Sequence record: NC_027399.1
DNA: 64,000 bases
Direction: 5' to 3' (one strand)
The notes under the pieces were generated by a model. The model ran no database searches. It saw only the letters and a program-made list of their open reading frames with translations, and had not been told where the DNA came from. Each line of letters opens with the position of its first letter. Within the stretch, counting starts at the first letter, position 1. The translations under genes and the position numbers were made by a program. Positions 9,816 through 19,165 of this stretch are shown piece after piece.

Positions 9816-9956
9816 ATGAGTAAAGATGTTCACGTTCCAGTACAAAATGGTATGTCAGCATGTGGTAAACGCGTGGATTTAACTGGTTGGGTACGTTCAA
9901 TGATCACTTGCAAAAAATGCAAAAAATCTCAAGAATATCTTGAACTACCTAAGTAA
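9816..9956 (+). CDS. Small Cys-rich protein (not in track)
   Basis: GAGGT SD; H..., ACG, TCKKC. Confidence 0.6.
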   Translation: MSKDVHVPVQNGMSACGKRVDLTGWVRSMITCKKCKKSQEYLELPK

Positions 9957-9974
9957 GTGAAGTATAATGTTTAA

Positions 9975-10170
9975 CAAGTGGTGAGCTTTAGTGATACATC
10001 TATTGACGATGCGGGTGTGAGGGTGGCTACCTCAGCAGTGGCGAATTATGTAGCAACTGTGCTGAAAGATGCTAAGACAGTTCGATTCTGTCCACCCGCC
10101 GCACTAAAGGTAGGGTACTAAGTACCAGAAACTAACACGAGGCAGTCGGAATATACGCCTACACCACAAT
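9975..10170 (+). ncRNA. About 195-nt RNA containing a tRNA-like domain (10011..10103)
   Basis: TTGAAC(9940)-17-TATAAT; acceptor GCGGGTG/CACCCGC, D-arm GAGG/CCTC, stem GCAGT/ACTGT with 16-nt loop, canonical T-arm GACAG-TTCGATT-CTGTC; enclosed by CTTTAGTG/CACTAAAG and GTGGTG/CACCAC. Confidence 0.7.
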
Positions 10171-10198
10171 TACTTTTAATTTAATTGAGGAACAAAAC

Positions 10199-10546
10199 AT
10201 GTCAGAATCACTTGTAAATAAAAACTCTCAAGGATTTGTAATTGCAAATAAAAACCCTCAAGGGTTTGTAATTATTGATCTGAATCTTAACAGTGGGAGA
10301 ATGTTCCAAAGTACTGATGCATGTATGCAATTTGACTTCCTCGGTTATGAAATTAGTGTTAGTACAGGTGGTTCAGTACTACAAGGTGGTTTTCTTCAGG
10401 AAATTTTAGTTACTGATCCAGAAGAACGTCCTCACTTCATTCAGGGTTCGGTGCAAGATGCTATTATGTTTGTTATTCAGCGTGAACAAAATAGAAACTT
10501 TAATGAATTTACTAATGCAATGAGTAATAAGATTGAAGAAGTTTAA
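10199..10546 (+). CDS. Hypothetical protein
   Basis: GAGGA SD; internal duplication NKNSQGFVI/NKNPQGFVI. Confidence 0.8.
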   Translation: MSESLVNKNSQGFVIANKNPQGFVIIDLNLNSGRMFQSTDACMQFDFLGYEISVSTGGSVLQGGFLQEILVTDPEERPHFIQGSVQDAIMFVIQREQNRNFNEFTNAMSNKIEEV

Positions 10547-10778
10547 AGTTAATGTTAAGTACTTCACATTCTATAGTTTAGATCCAAATGATTGTCATCC
10601 AGGATTTTTTGAATGCACCCTAATCAGGGAGAATGAATGTGAAGTACTATACTTTATATATAAAATGTATAACAAAATAGTTGTTTATGATTATAGAAAA
10701 AGAAATCAAGAAACCTTATATTTCAATCAAACAATTATTGATTCCTACAGTATAGTTCTCACAGGAGAATATAAATGA
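10533..10778 (+). CDS. Hypothetical protein
   Basis: Co-oriented; start uncertain. Confidence 0.6.
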   Translation: MKKFKVNVKYFTFYSLDPNDCHPGFFECTLIRENECEVLYFIYKMYNKIVVYDYRKRNQETLYFNQTIIDSYSIVLTGEYK

Positions 10779-10957
10779 AGTATTATACTTTTGCATTGAA
10801 ATATATTTCAGCATATTCACCTAATGTGGAAGGTAAATGTGTTATAAAAGCACAAGGAAATAATCCAATTGAAGCCATTATGAAAATAATATCTACTAAT
10901 TCATTTCCAGATAAAAATTCAACGTTTGTACTAATTACTTCAATTGTCATTCAATGA
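10775..10957 (+). CDS. Hypothetical protein
   Basis: AGGAG SD, ATGA overlap. Confidence 0.7.
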   Translation: MKYYTFALKYISAYSPNVEGKCVIKAQGNNPIEAIMKIISTNSFPDKNSTFVLITSIVIQ

Positions 10958-10972
10958 TAATTTGGATATAGT

Positions 10973-11206
10973 ATGAATATATATACAGTAACTGGAATTC
11001 ATATGGCTCAATTTACAGGAACATTTCCATTGATTGGTGGTGTTCCTGTAAATACAATTCCTAAAAAATTTAAATTCCGAATTTCAGCAGATAATGAAGT
11101 ACATGCATATTATAAAGTTATAGAAAAATATAATTTTTATAATACCTGCAATTCTTTTTATATGATTTATGATGTTAAAGTTGACATTCATTATGCCATA
11201 GGATAG
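10973..11206 (+). CDS. Hypothetical protein
   Basis: Co-oriented ORF. Confidence 0.7.
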   Translation: MNIYTVTGIHMAQFTGTFPLIGGVPVNTIPKKFKFRISADNEVHAYYKVIEKYNFYNTCNSFYMIYDVKVDIHYAIG

Positions 11207-11245
11207 AATAACCTCATTATATCTTAATCTAAAAGAGAAAATAAA

Positions 11246-11914
11246 ATGCTTGCTAATCTGAAATACATGGTCAGTACTGAAGCACGTGATGAAAAAGGTT
11301 GCTACATTAAATCCGAAATCAAAACATTTGATGATCTTGGTATGAGTGGTGTTTTTCATGAATGTCATTTCGATCCATATCACCCATTTTGGTCTAAACA
11401 TCAGGAACCAGAGAAAGTACAAAATACTCGAATTTTTTGTGCATTACAAACAAATACACCTGGCATCATTGCGTCGTATAATGCGGATGATGTAATCGAC
11501 CACATGACGAATTATGAAGTAATCGATGAGCACCCAATGATTAGTCCAAGGGGTGAAGTTTATACACATCAAGATTTCCATTCAATGTTTAATGAAATGG
11601 AGAGGATCATTCTTCCCAGTGGTAAACAACGACCTGAATATATGAACTTGGTTGGTTCTTATGGTGTAGCAGATAACATTGAGCAAATTCTTCGTAAGTA
11701 TAAATCATTGTTAAATAGTCCAGATGAAGTTGTATTAACTATCCATCCAGTACTGAAAAAGGATCAACCAGAAAGTGGTGGTTGGCGTTGGCATAAATGG
11801 GGGTCATATATCGGCAATCACAAGATTAAGTGTGAATATTTGTATGATGAAGTTGGCATTGATAAAGTTTTGTGTTATAATTGGATCTACGTAAAACCCA
11901 AAAAAGGAATCTAA
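11246..11914 (+). CDS. Hypothetical protein, GWRWHKWG family
   Basis: C-terminal YGVADNIEQ...GGWRWHKWGSYIG shared with 23036..23623. Confidence 0.85.
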   Translation: MLANLKYMVSTEARDEKGCYIKSEIKTFDDLGMSGVFHECHFDPYHPFWSKHQEPEKVQNTRIFCALQTNTPGIIASYNADDVIDHMTNYEVIDEHPMISPRGEVYTHQDFHSMFNEMERIILPSGKQRPEYMNLVGSYGVADNIEQILRKYKSLLNSPDEVVLTIHPVLKKDQPESGGWRWHKWGSYIGNHKIKCEYLYDEVGIDKVLCYNWIYVKPKKGI

Positions 11915-11916
11915 AA

Positions 11917-12186
11917 ATGATTAATGTATTAGCATTGGTACTTATTTTGCTCTTTATTATGTTACCAACACTTATTTCTGTTACACGCAATACAGTGGAA
12001 ACTTCACTACGTGTATTTTTACTTAACTTTATGTTATTGGTTACTTCAATCATTGTTCCTTACAGTGAATCACTTATTGATGGTATCAGTAACATTTTAC
12101 TTGTTTGGTCTTATTTGATTATGTTATCTTATATTCCAGACGAATCAGATCCAAAAGATTTAAGAAATGTTGTAAGATACGTGTGA
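11917..12186 (+). CDS. Small membrane protein
   Basis: AAGGA SD; 3 hydrophobic segments. Confidence 0.75.
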   Translation: MINVLALVLILLFIMLPTLISVTRNTVETSLRVFLLNFMLLVTSIIVPYSESLIDGISNILLVWSYLIMLSYIPDESDPKDLRNVVRYV

Positions 12187-12199
12187 TTAAGGATTAATT

Positions 12200-12460
12200 G
12201 TGGCAAGTGGGTTTGTTGATGATGATGGTGTAAACAATACCATAGAAAGCACAGTACTTAATGCTATTGATTTTGCAAGAAGTAATTTATATTCAGGTGA
12301 ATCATTTAAGTACTGTACTGACTGCGGTGATGAAATACCAGAAAAACGTCGGGCAGTTCTTAATGGTGTAAAACGTTGTGTGAAATGTCAATCTAAGGTA
12401 GACAATTCATATAAAGAGTATTATAATAGACGTGGATCTAAAGATTCACAATTACGTTAA
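12200..12460 (+). CDS. DksA/TraR C4-type zinc-finger protein (YbiI-like)
   Basis: C-x2-CGDEIPEKRRAVLNGVKRC-x2-CQ signature. Confidence 0.9.
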   Translation: MASGFVDDDGVNNTIESTVLNAIDFARSNLYSGESFKYCTDCGDEIPEKRRAVLNGVKRCVKCQSKVDNSYKEYYNRRGSKDSQLR

Positions 12461-12471
12461 AAGGAAACAAA

Positions 12472-12795
12472 ATGATTGGATTAATTTCGGTTGTACTTAC
12501 TATCCCATATATTATTATTGTGTGGGCGATGGTTTGCAGTTTGTTACAGGAAAATGGTTCACTGAAGGGGAGTAGATTTAATTATAAAGAAGATTTTCTA
12601 TTAAATTCTAATACAGTGTCCTTACTATACAAAATCGTTTGGATTTGGTTAGGAGCTACAGTACTGAACTTCTTTTTCCCTGTATTTGGAATTGTACTAT
12701 ATATTATTAATATTGTTATTATTCTGGTATCATTGTATTGGTTGTACGAATGTTACAAAGCTGGAAAATTCAAAGTTTGGTTTAATAAAAAATAA
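12472..12795 (+). CDS. Membrane protein
   Basis: AAGGA SD; 3 hydrophobic segments. Confidence 0.8.
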   Translation: MIGLISVVLTIPYIIIVWAMVCSLLQENGSLKGSRFNYKEDFLLNSNTVSLLYKIVWIWLGATVLNFFFPVFGIVLYIINIVIILVSLYWLYECYKAGKFKVWFNKK

Positions 12796-12799
12796 AAAT

Positions 12800-12807
12800 T
12801 ATAAATA
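12800..12807 (+). promoter_or_regulatory. T4-type late promoter candidate
   Basis: Intergenic TATAAATA. Confidence 0.5.
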
Positions 12808-12854
12808 CCTTTGTATACTACCTACAAAGGTATTTTCTTTTTAGAGGATTTATT

Positions 12855-13190
12855 ATGCATATAATACTAAGTTTAGTACTTAGTACTATTTTGCTATCCT
12901 TTCTACCTGCCAGTGTATCAGCTAACAATGGTTCATTGTGCTTGTCTAATGATGGTGAATGGTACGAAGTACGTTCCGATCCTGATAATCCAAATAACCT
13001 CACCATTGATGGTGAAGTCTTTTACATTCTACAACAACAAACCCACCTTAATAAAAAAGTCTTGACATTTAAAAGTACCAGTGGTACACTGGCATTGTTA
13101 GTTCTGGTTGGTAATCCAGAAACTAAAAAGGTTTCAATTGACATGTTCCTCACATCTGAGATAAAATCAGTTAAAATTCAATGTAAATAA
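12855..13190 (+). CDS. Secreted hypothetical protein
   Basis: Signal peptide (ASVSA-); C.SNDGE.Y motif shared with 13568. Confidence 0.8.
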   Translation: MHIILSLVLSTILLSFLPASVSANNGSLCLSNDGEWYEVRSDPDNPNNLTIDGEVFYILQQQTHLNKKVLTFKSTSGTLALLVLVGNPETKKVSIDMFLTSEIKSVKIQCK

Positions 13191-13199
13191 GGTATAACA

Positions 13200-13571
13200 A
13201 TGCTAGACAAAATTTTTGATATTTTGTTTTTAATTCCAGTTGTATCAACTGCTATTGTAGTTTTTACAATGCTTAGTTCAGTACTGATTGGTATCCTTTG
13301 TTTGGTAATGGGTAGTGATTCTGTATTGAGATTTAGTTCTAAATATTTTGTTTGGGGAGACGTGCCAGCATTTAATGCTACATTCGTCTCCTTTTTTCTT
13401 TTTATTTGTTCTCTCATGTTACATGAATTTGAATTGCTGAGTTCGATTTATATCGTAAGCTTCTATTCAATTTTTAGTATGTGTTGTCTGTGGTACATGA
13501 TCTACAGTATTGATGTTTGGTATACAAATTATGTTGAATATAAACACAAAAAAATGAGAATAAAAATATGA
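13200..13571 (+). CDS. Membrane protein
   Basis: 3 hydrophobic segments. Confidence 0.75.
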   Translation: MLDKIFDILFLIPVVSTAIVVFTMLSSVLIGILCLVMGSDSVLRFSSKYFVWGDVPAFNATFVSFFLFICSLMLHEFELLSSIYIVSFYSIFSMCCLWYMIYSIDVWYTNYVEYKHKKMRIKI

Positions 13572-13930
13572 AAACTATTATATTCTTTGTATTAATGATG
13601 ATTTGTAGTATCAGTGCACGTGCAGAACTTATTGTTGATATGGTATGTGTTAGTAATGATGGGGAATATCATACTTATAAGGTAGACAGAGATAACTTAT
13701 TAACAATATTAATTGATAACATTCCATATGATTATGAAAAAAATACAACTATTGGTGATACTGATATTTCGAAATACACAAATACGAATAATAAATCCGA
13801 ATTGGCTTATATTTCAGTTGATGTATATGAAGATATGCGTACTAAACAACAATTTCCAGAAATTAAATTAGTACTAATGGAAAATGGTGCTAAAGTTGCT
13901 AAATTTGGAGGATTATGTCATGATAATTAA
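13568..13930 (+). CDS. Secreted hypothetical protein
   Basis: Signal peptide (SARA-); CVSNDGEY motif. Confidence 0.8.
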   Translation: MKTIIFFVLMMICSISARAELIVDMVCVSNDGEYHTYKVDRDNLLTILIDNIPYDYEKNTTIGDTDISKYTNTNNKSELAYISVDVYEDMRTKQQFPEIKLVLMENGAKVAKFGGLCHDN

Positions 13931-14195
13931 TTTATCAATTATGTATGACTCTTTTAATTTAGGAAAAAGTACTGAAAACATTTATTATTCTGGTGGTGCA
14001 CATTTATTTTTTGAAGATCATAAAATACCATATAAATTAATTGAAATTAATAATACTGATCGTATTCAATATCATGAAGATAATAGTAAAGTTTGTGTTG
14101 AAATTAATACATTAGAAGAATTAATTAAATTCATGAAAAAATATAATTGTACTATTGAATTAAAATTTGATTATGGTATAATTCATTTCATGTGA
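13920..14195 (+). CDS. Hypothetical protein
   Basis: GGAGG SD; ends like 26417 family (KKYNCTIEL). Confidence 0.7.
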   Translation: MIINLSIMYDSFNLGKSTENIYYSGGAHLFFEDHKIPYKLIEINNTDRIQYHEDNSKVCVEINTLEELIKFMKKYNCTIELKFDYGIIHFM

Positions 14196-14202
14196 GATCC
14201 AA

Positions 14203-14628
14203 ATGAAGCACTGGTCATATAAAAAAAGGTTAAAGAAGAATAAATGGTATCCAAGATATGAATATATACCGTGGGTATTGAGTTTTGCTAGATTATCTGC
14301 TTTATCTAAAAAATGTACTATTAATAAATTTCAAGTAAGTGATATAAGTACTAAAGGCGTATATAAAGTAAAAGTTAATCCAAATGATGAAATTGGTATT
14401 TGTTTATTGAATTATAATGAATTTAGTATTAACTATATATCTTCTGCGGTGAAATATTTAAATATACTAAGTACTAATTATGAATTTTCAGATTTTTTTA
14501 CTGGAGGCCGCCGACGTATAATTTGTACTAAATCTTACGAAAAGATTTCTAATGATATAGATTTTTCAAATTTAACTGAAGAGGAATATTTTCAGTACAG
14601 TACGTATATGATAATCTTGATGATTTAG
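14203..14628 (+). CDS. Hypothetical protein, FQLST-motif family
   Basis: C-terminal NLTEEEYFQYST. Confidence 0.7.
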   Translation: MKHWSYKKRLKKNKWYPRYEYIPWVLSFARLSALSKKCTINKFQVSDISTKGVYKVKVNPNDEIGICLLNYNEFSINYISSAVKYLNILSTNYEFSDFFTGGRRRIICTKSYEKISNDIDFSNLTEEEYFQYSTYMIILMI

Positions 14629-14728
14629 TTAAACTTAATACATTGTTTAAATGTATTGAAGAAAAAACCAAAGACAAATTTACATTAATGAATTTTCTAC
14701 GTGGAATTCAGAAATTTGAGGCTGAACA

Positions 14729-15136
14729 ATGAAAACGGTACTCGTTTATCGAGTTGAACTGTGTTTTACTGCTATCAGTATTAGTGGTATGAATTATGCT
14801 CAACAAGGACCATATACTACATATGATGCATGGATGAGCAAAGACAATGGATATAAACCGTGTTTAGTTTCATACGATCCAATTAATCAGCCTGAACCTG
14901 AAAATGATGGATTAGAACATACATTTGCAGTAATTTATGGATTTCGTGATAAAAACCAAATGTTTGATTGGTTTTGTTGTGATATCGTCTCTTTACATTA
15001 TGCTGGATTTGTGTTAAGCGTATATGAAGTACCAATTGAAGATGTAAATTATGGTAGAAAACAGTTGAATTTTTATCCAAATGAGAGTAGACTTATCTCT
15101 GTAGAATCGTTGTTGGACATTGCAGAGGATTATTAA
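14729..15136 (+). CDS. Hypothetical protein
   Basis: GAGG SD. Confidence 0.8.
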   Translation: MKTVLVYRVELCFTAISISGMNYAQQGPYTTYDAWMSKDNGYKPCLVSYDPINQPEPENDGLEHTFAVIYGFRDKNQMFDWFCCDIVSLHYAGFVLSVYEVPIEDVNYGRKQLNFYPNESRLISVESLLDIAEDY

Positions 15137-15420
15137 TGAAAACTGTGACAATCAAAGAAATCCAAAATAATTGGCAAGATTTAATTGAATTTAAATATAA
15201 TTTTGAAGAATACAAGAAAGATACAGCGGCAAGAAATGCTTTAAATTCTGCATTTGGTTGTAAGTTAAAAGCAGCATTCTGTACTGTATATCCTGCTGTG
15301 ACAGTTGATAAAACAGGCATCGATTTTGGTGCAGCACGTATTATTTTCATTACAGAGAAAGGTGATGTAAGAATGATCTCTTCTTCTGAATGGGGTGGTA
15401 TCAGTACTAAATTAAATTAA
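15136..15420 (+). CDS. Hypothetical protein
   Basis: GAGGA SD, TAATG coupling. Confidence 0.8.
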   Translation: MKTVTIKEIQNNWQDLIEFKYNFEEYKKDTAARNALNSAFGCKLKAAFCTVYPAVTVDKTGIDFGAARIIFITEKGDVRMISSSEWGGISTKLN

Positions 15421-15432
15421 AGGTATATTCCC

Positions 15433-15921
15433 ATGAAACCAAATAATGTTATTGTTAATGTTCCTGAATTCCATAATGTCGTTGTGCAAGGAAAGGATTA
15501 TATGACATTGGGATGTTGTGGATATGAATTGTTTACAGTACTAAAAGACCATGAACAAGATGACCGTCATCATGTTATTGTACAAAATAATGGATATCTT
15601 TGTACCATTGATAATAGTACAAATATGCTTGCAGAGAATCCAACAACAATTCAAAAATACTTAATTGAAAATCACGGTAATGACGCTGGTTTATTCTCTT
15701 TCAGTGACATGACAGAAGAAGAAGCAAATAGTTTTATTCCCATTGATCAAAATAAAAATGCACCTGTAGTATTTTTATACGAAGATGATGCATTCATTTA
15801 TCGTGACAAACTTTGTATTCTCATCAATGGAGAAGAAAAGTCTTTTCATGAAATCAGTGCGGATAAGAAATATATTTTTACTGTAGTACTAAATCGCATT
15901 AATGAAGTACTGATGGATTGA
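15433..15921 (+). CDS. Hypothetical protein
   Basis: AAGGT SD. Confidence 0.8.
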   Translation: MKPNNVIVNVPEFHNVVVQGKDYMTLGCCGYELFTVLKDHEQDDRHHVIVQNNGYLCTIDNSTNMLAENPTTIQKYLIENHGNDAGLFSFSDMTEEEANSFIPIDQNKNAPVVFLYEDDAFIYRDKLCILINGEEKSFHEISADKKYIFTVVLNRINEVLMD

Positions 15922-15996
15922 TATTAAAAATGGTTGACTTTATGTCAACCATTTTGTTATTATACGCATATATTAAGTCAATAAGGATTTATTTTA

Positions 15997-16299
15997 ATGA
16001 AAAATAAATTAGTGCTTACTATCATTTTTTTAATTCCATCAATCCCTTCATATGCAGGTAAATTGAGTGAGCCAGTTTGTGAAGTACGAGTATGTAATAA
16101 AATTTCTCGTTTTTCTTTAGATATTATGTCACATATTAAAGATGAAATGGGTGAGAAATGTGATACGGTATTATTACCTAAATCAGAATCATATGTTGGT
16201 AATGTATTATCATCAGAAAGTCGTTGGTATCAAGGTAGTTCAATCAATCCAACAAAGAAATCAGTGACGAAAGTTGTAGAAGTACTTGAATGTCAATGA
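15997..16299 (+). CDS. Secreted Cys-containing hypothetical protein
   Basis: Signal peptide (PSYA-); 4 Cys. Confidence 0.8.
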   Translation: MKNKLVLTIIFLIPSIPSYAGKLSEPVCEVRVCNKISRFSLDIMSHIKDEMGEKCDTVLLPKSESYVGNVLSSESRWYQGSSINPTKKSVTKVVEVLECQ

Positions 16300-16354
16300 T
16301 TAATAATTAAAGCCATTAAAAAAAGGTTGACTTCGGTCAGCCTTTTTGCTATTG

Positions 16355-16362
16355 TATAAATA
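16355..16362 (+). promoter_or_regulatory. T4-type late promoter
   Basis: TATAAATA 38 bp before the 564-aa ORF. Confidence 0.6.
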
Positions 16363-16399
16363 TACTCATAGGAATAGAATACTATAGAGGAATAATACA

Positions 16400-18094
16400 A
16401 TGCCTGGTCAATTCACTGACAAAAATGGCGGTAACATGGCAGGTCACAGCGACAAGTGGTCTGATAAGAACCGCCGCCCAAATTCATATCAAGCAGGTCA
16501 AGGTTCAAGAGGTTCACGAAATCAAGGTACTGGCCTGGCTGGTAAAGCAAATACTGTATCAAGCGATGAAGTAGATACTTCTAAAATGAATCCAGAAGAA
16601 AAGTTGCGTTATTTTAATAAACTTGGACTTCTTAATCCAACACAAAAACAGCAACTTGCTGATATTGATGCTAAAAAAGCAAAATCAAGTACTGCAAATG
16701 TTGAACCAGTACATAAACCTAGTACTGAACAACCTAAACCAGATGTTAATCCAGTAAAAGAATTATCTGATAAATTAGGTAAAATTTTCGCTAATAAACC
16801 ACAATTAATTCAAGGTATCGTGAAAGCATTACAATCTGTGCCGAAAGAACAATTAAAAGATAAAGCACAAGCTGTACTGAAAGCTATGAATAACAATACC
16901 AGTACTGAACCAACTGAAGTATTCAGTACTGTAATGCAAGCAATTGAAGGTTCTCCTGAAAAGGATGAAGATGATATTGATTTCGATGAAAAAGAACCAG
17001 TTAAATCTGAACCAGAAGAAGGTTCTATTGACTGGATTCGTAAAATACATAAGTTTGTTTTTGATAAGTATTTTAATCAAGATTTTGATAGTTATAAATC
17101 TTATAGGGATTTACTAAAAAATAAACACGATGCTAATATTTTTCAGGATTATCTTGAAAAAATGGAAAAAAATCCAAAAATAAAACCATTGTATGATCTA
17201 GCTATGAATAAATTAAATGACTTCGATCCAGAAGAAGGTGAAGATTCTAAATTCATTAACATTGGTGACGCAGTATTCAGTATCATCAAAGATGGTGAAA
17301 ATGTACAGCAAAGTGCCGGTACTGAAGAAAGTGATAAGTACGCTCAAGACTATGAAAGAGAAGAAGAAAAAAGTCGTGATCTAGAACGTCAGTACAGTAC
17401 TATGTCAGAGAATGATTTTAGAAAAGATTTTCATTTCTTAGATAGTAAAGATGTAGAAGCATTAATTAAACAAGCTAAGCAATTCAAAAATTATCAATCA
17501 GCACTATCAGCTATTGCTTCTGGTGTTGATAATAGTACAGATGGTGATAACAATGAAATTCTTTCTTCCATGTATGCTATCGCTGATGATTTAGGTAGTA
17601 TGGGATTTGAATTGAAAGATAACGATAACAGTACTTCAGATAATAATGAATATGGTTTTGTTATGTCTCCAGAAGAATTATCATCTACTGGAAAACATAG
17701 TTATAATAATGATCCAGAAGTATATCAACAGCCAACATTGGATGATGCCTTAGTACTTGCACGTAAACATGCAGCGGCTGCACGTAAAGAAGATTTTGAT
17801 AAATTCTTGAAATATGTAGCTGATGGTATGAAAGAACAGGGTACTAAACCAGCAATTATTAACAGAACTCTTAGTCATTATATGCATGAACTAAAAAATA
17901 ATGGTTTTAAATTTCAATCTGCACTAAATTCTATGGTAGATAATGCCGAGGCTTATGATCCAGATGATGATTATGGTACTGAATTTGACCACAACATAGC
18001 TTCATTTGAAGGTGGGATGGAAAACTATGATAAAGATCAATCAAAATATGAAGATCAAATAATTCACGTTTACAATCAATTACACGGAAAATAA
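16400..18094 (+). CDS. Large acidic hypothetical protein (564 aa), possibly virion-internal
   Basis: GAGGA SD; disordered G/S/N-rich N-terminus, D/E-rich body. Confidence 0.9.
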   Translation: MPGQFTDKNGGNMAGHSDKWSDKNRRPNSYQAGQGSRGSRNQGTGLAGKANTVSSDEVDTSKMNPEEKLRYFNKLGLLNPTQKQQLADIDAKKAKSSTANVEPVHKPSTEQPKPDVNPVKELSDKLGKIFANKPQLIQGIVKALQSVPKEQLKDKAQAVLKAMNNNTSTEPTEVFSTVMQAIEGSPEKDEDDIDFDEKEPVKSEPEEGSIDWIRKIHKFVFDKYFNQDFDSYKSYRDLLKNKHDANIFQDYLEKMEKNPKIKPLYDLAMNKLNDFDPEEGEDSKFINIGDAVFSIIKDGENVQQSAGTEESDKYAQDYEREEEKSRDLERQYSTMSENDFRKDFHFLDSKDVEALIKQAKQFKNYQSALSAIASGVDNSTDGDNNEILSSMYAIADDLGSMGFELKDNDNSTSDNNEYGFVMSPEELSSTGKHSYNNDPEVYQQPTLDDALVLARKHAAAARKEDFDKFLKYVADGMKEQGTKPAIINRTLSHYMHELKNNGFKFQSALNSMVDNAEAYDPDDDYGTEFDHNIASFEGGMENYDKDQSKYEDQIIHVYNQLHGK

Positions 18095-18165
18095 TAAAAA
18101 AGGGGTTGACTTAGGTCAGCCCTTTTGTTATTATATATACATCCAAACAAAATAGGAATACTACA

Positions 18166-18558
18166 ATGTCTTTAATTAAATTGGAAACTCATATCGCTGC
18201 TATCGAATCCATGATGAAACAACTGGATGTTCTTGAACTGACAACTGATAGTCCAGTACTGAATCATTGTCTCAGTCTTGAAGATATGGGTGAATTGGGT
18301 AATGGTATTGAAGCAATTCGCCGTAATTTGAATAATGCTAAAGCATGGGCTGTTGAGCAATATAATACACAAGTGTTGCAATTATCGTACACTACCAACA
18401 AAGGTGATTTTGCTCGTTTCCACGGTACTAAAGATGAACTTCGTAAATTCTGGAATTCATCAAAAGATAATATGAAGTACGTTGAAATCTATTACAATTA
18501 TTCTCGTGCTCCAATATGTGGTGATAAAGCCGTTGGAATATTTTTATCCACAAATTAA
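18166..18558 (+). CDS. Hypothetical protein
   Basis: Promoter and AGGA SD. Confidence 0.8.
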   Translation: MSLIKLETHIAAIESMMKQLDVLELTTDSPVLNHCLSLEDMGELGNGIEAIRRNLNNAKAWAVEQYNTQVLQLSYTTNKGDFARFHGTKDELRKFWNSSKDNMKYVEIYYNYSRAPICGDKAVGIFLSTN

Positions 18559-18636
18559 TTAAAAAAAGGTTGACTTAGGTCAGCCTTTTTATTATTATAT
18601 AAGTACTGAATAGTTAATTTAAAAGGATATCACATC

Positions 18637-19165
18637 ATGATCGTATCTGTACAGCCATTTGTGAATGGAACTTTTGTTCTTAAAATTGAAAGTGGATACA
18701 AAATGGGTCAATTCGTTAGTAAACCAAAGGTTAAAGATACTGATATCGAATTTCCAGAAACATTCGGCACTGAAGCGTCTGCATTAAAATGGGCAATTGA
18801 AACTGGATATCAAATTTTCAAATACCATGATGAAGTTCTTCCTGCTGNATGATTATAAAATCTTACACGCTGCCTTACAAAAAATCATGGAAGGCGAACG
18901 TAATGAAGATTATGGCATTTGTTATAATCTACAATCTAAAGTACTAAACTATATTGAAAAACGATTCATTTATCAATTCCTTCAAGAATCACTAAAAAGT
19001 ATTCTTGGTGGTAAATGTGGTCAATATCCAATTGAAGGGTCGTATGAAGATTTCAAACGAAACAATGAAAAATGGAATACATTTACTGAATTCGGATTTA
19101 AGCGTTTAAATCTACTTAAATCAATGATTGAGCGTACTGAAAAACTTTCTTTGGGAGAAAAATAA
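18637..19165 (+). CDS. Hypothetical protein, probably one gene split at the N (18848)
   Basis: 18637 frame ends at the ambiguous base and 18797 frame continues with DYKILHAALQK, paralogous to 24247 ORF. Confidence 0.55.

Noticed and set aside
9170-10103. Calling the cloverleaves as functional tRNA genes
   Set aside because: Anticodon loops are 16-17 nt, with no U33-anticodon geometry and no CCA; reported as tRNA-like instead
18544-18552. Single DnaA box TTATCCACA
   Set aside because: Isolated, inside a coding sequence, expected by chance
18797-18860. Apparent overlapping ORF pair or programmed frameshift at 18637/18797
   Set aside because: The break coincides with an N base; more likely an assembly error in a single gene
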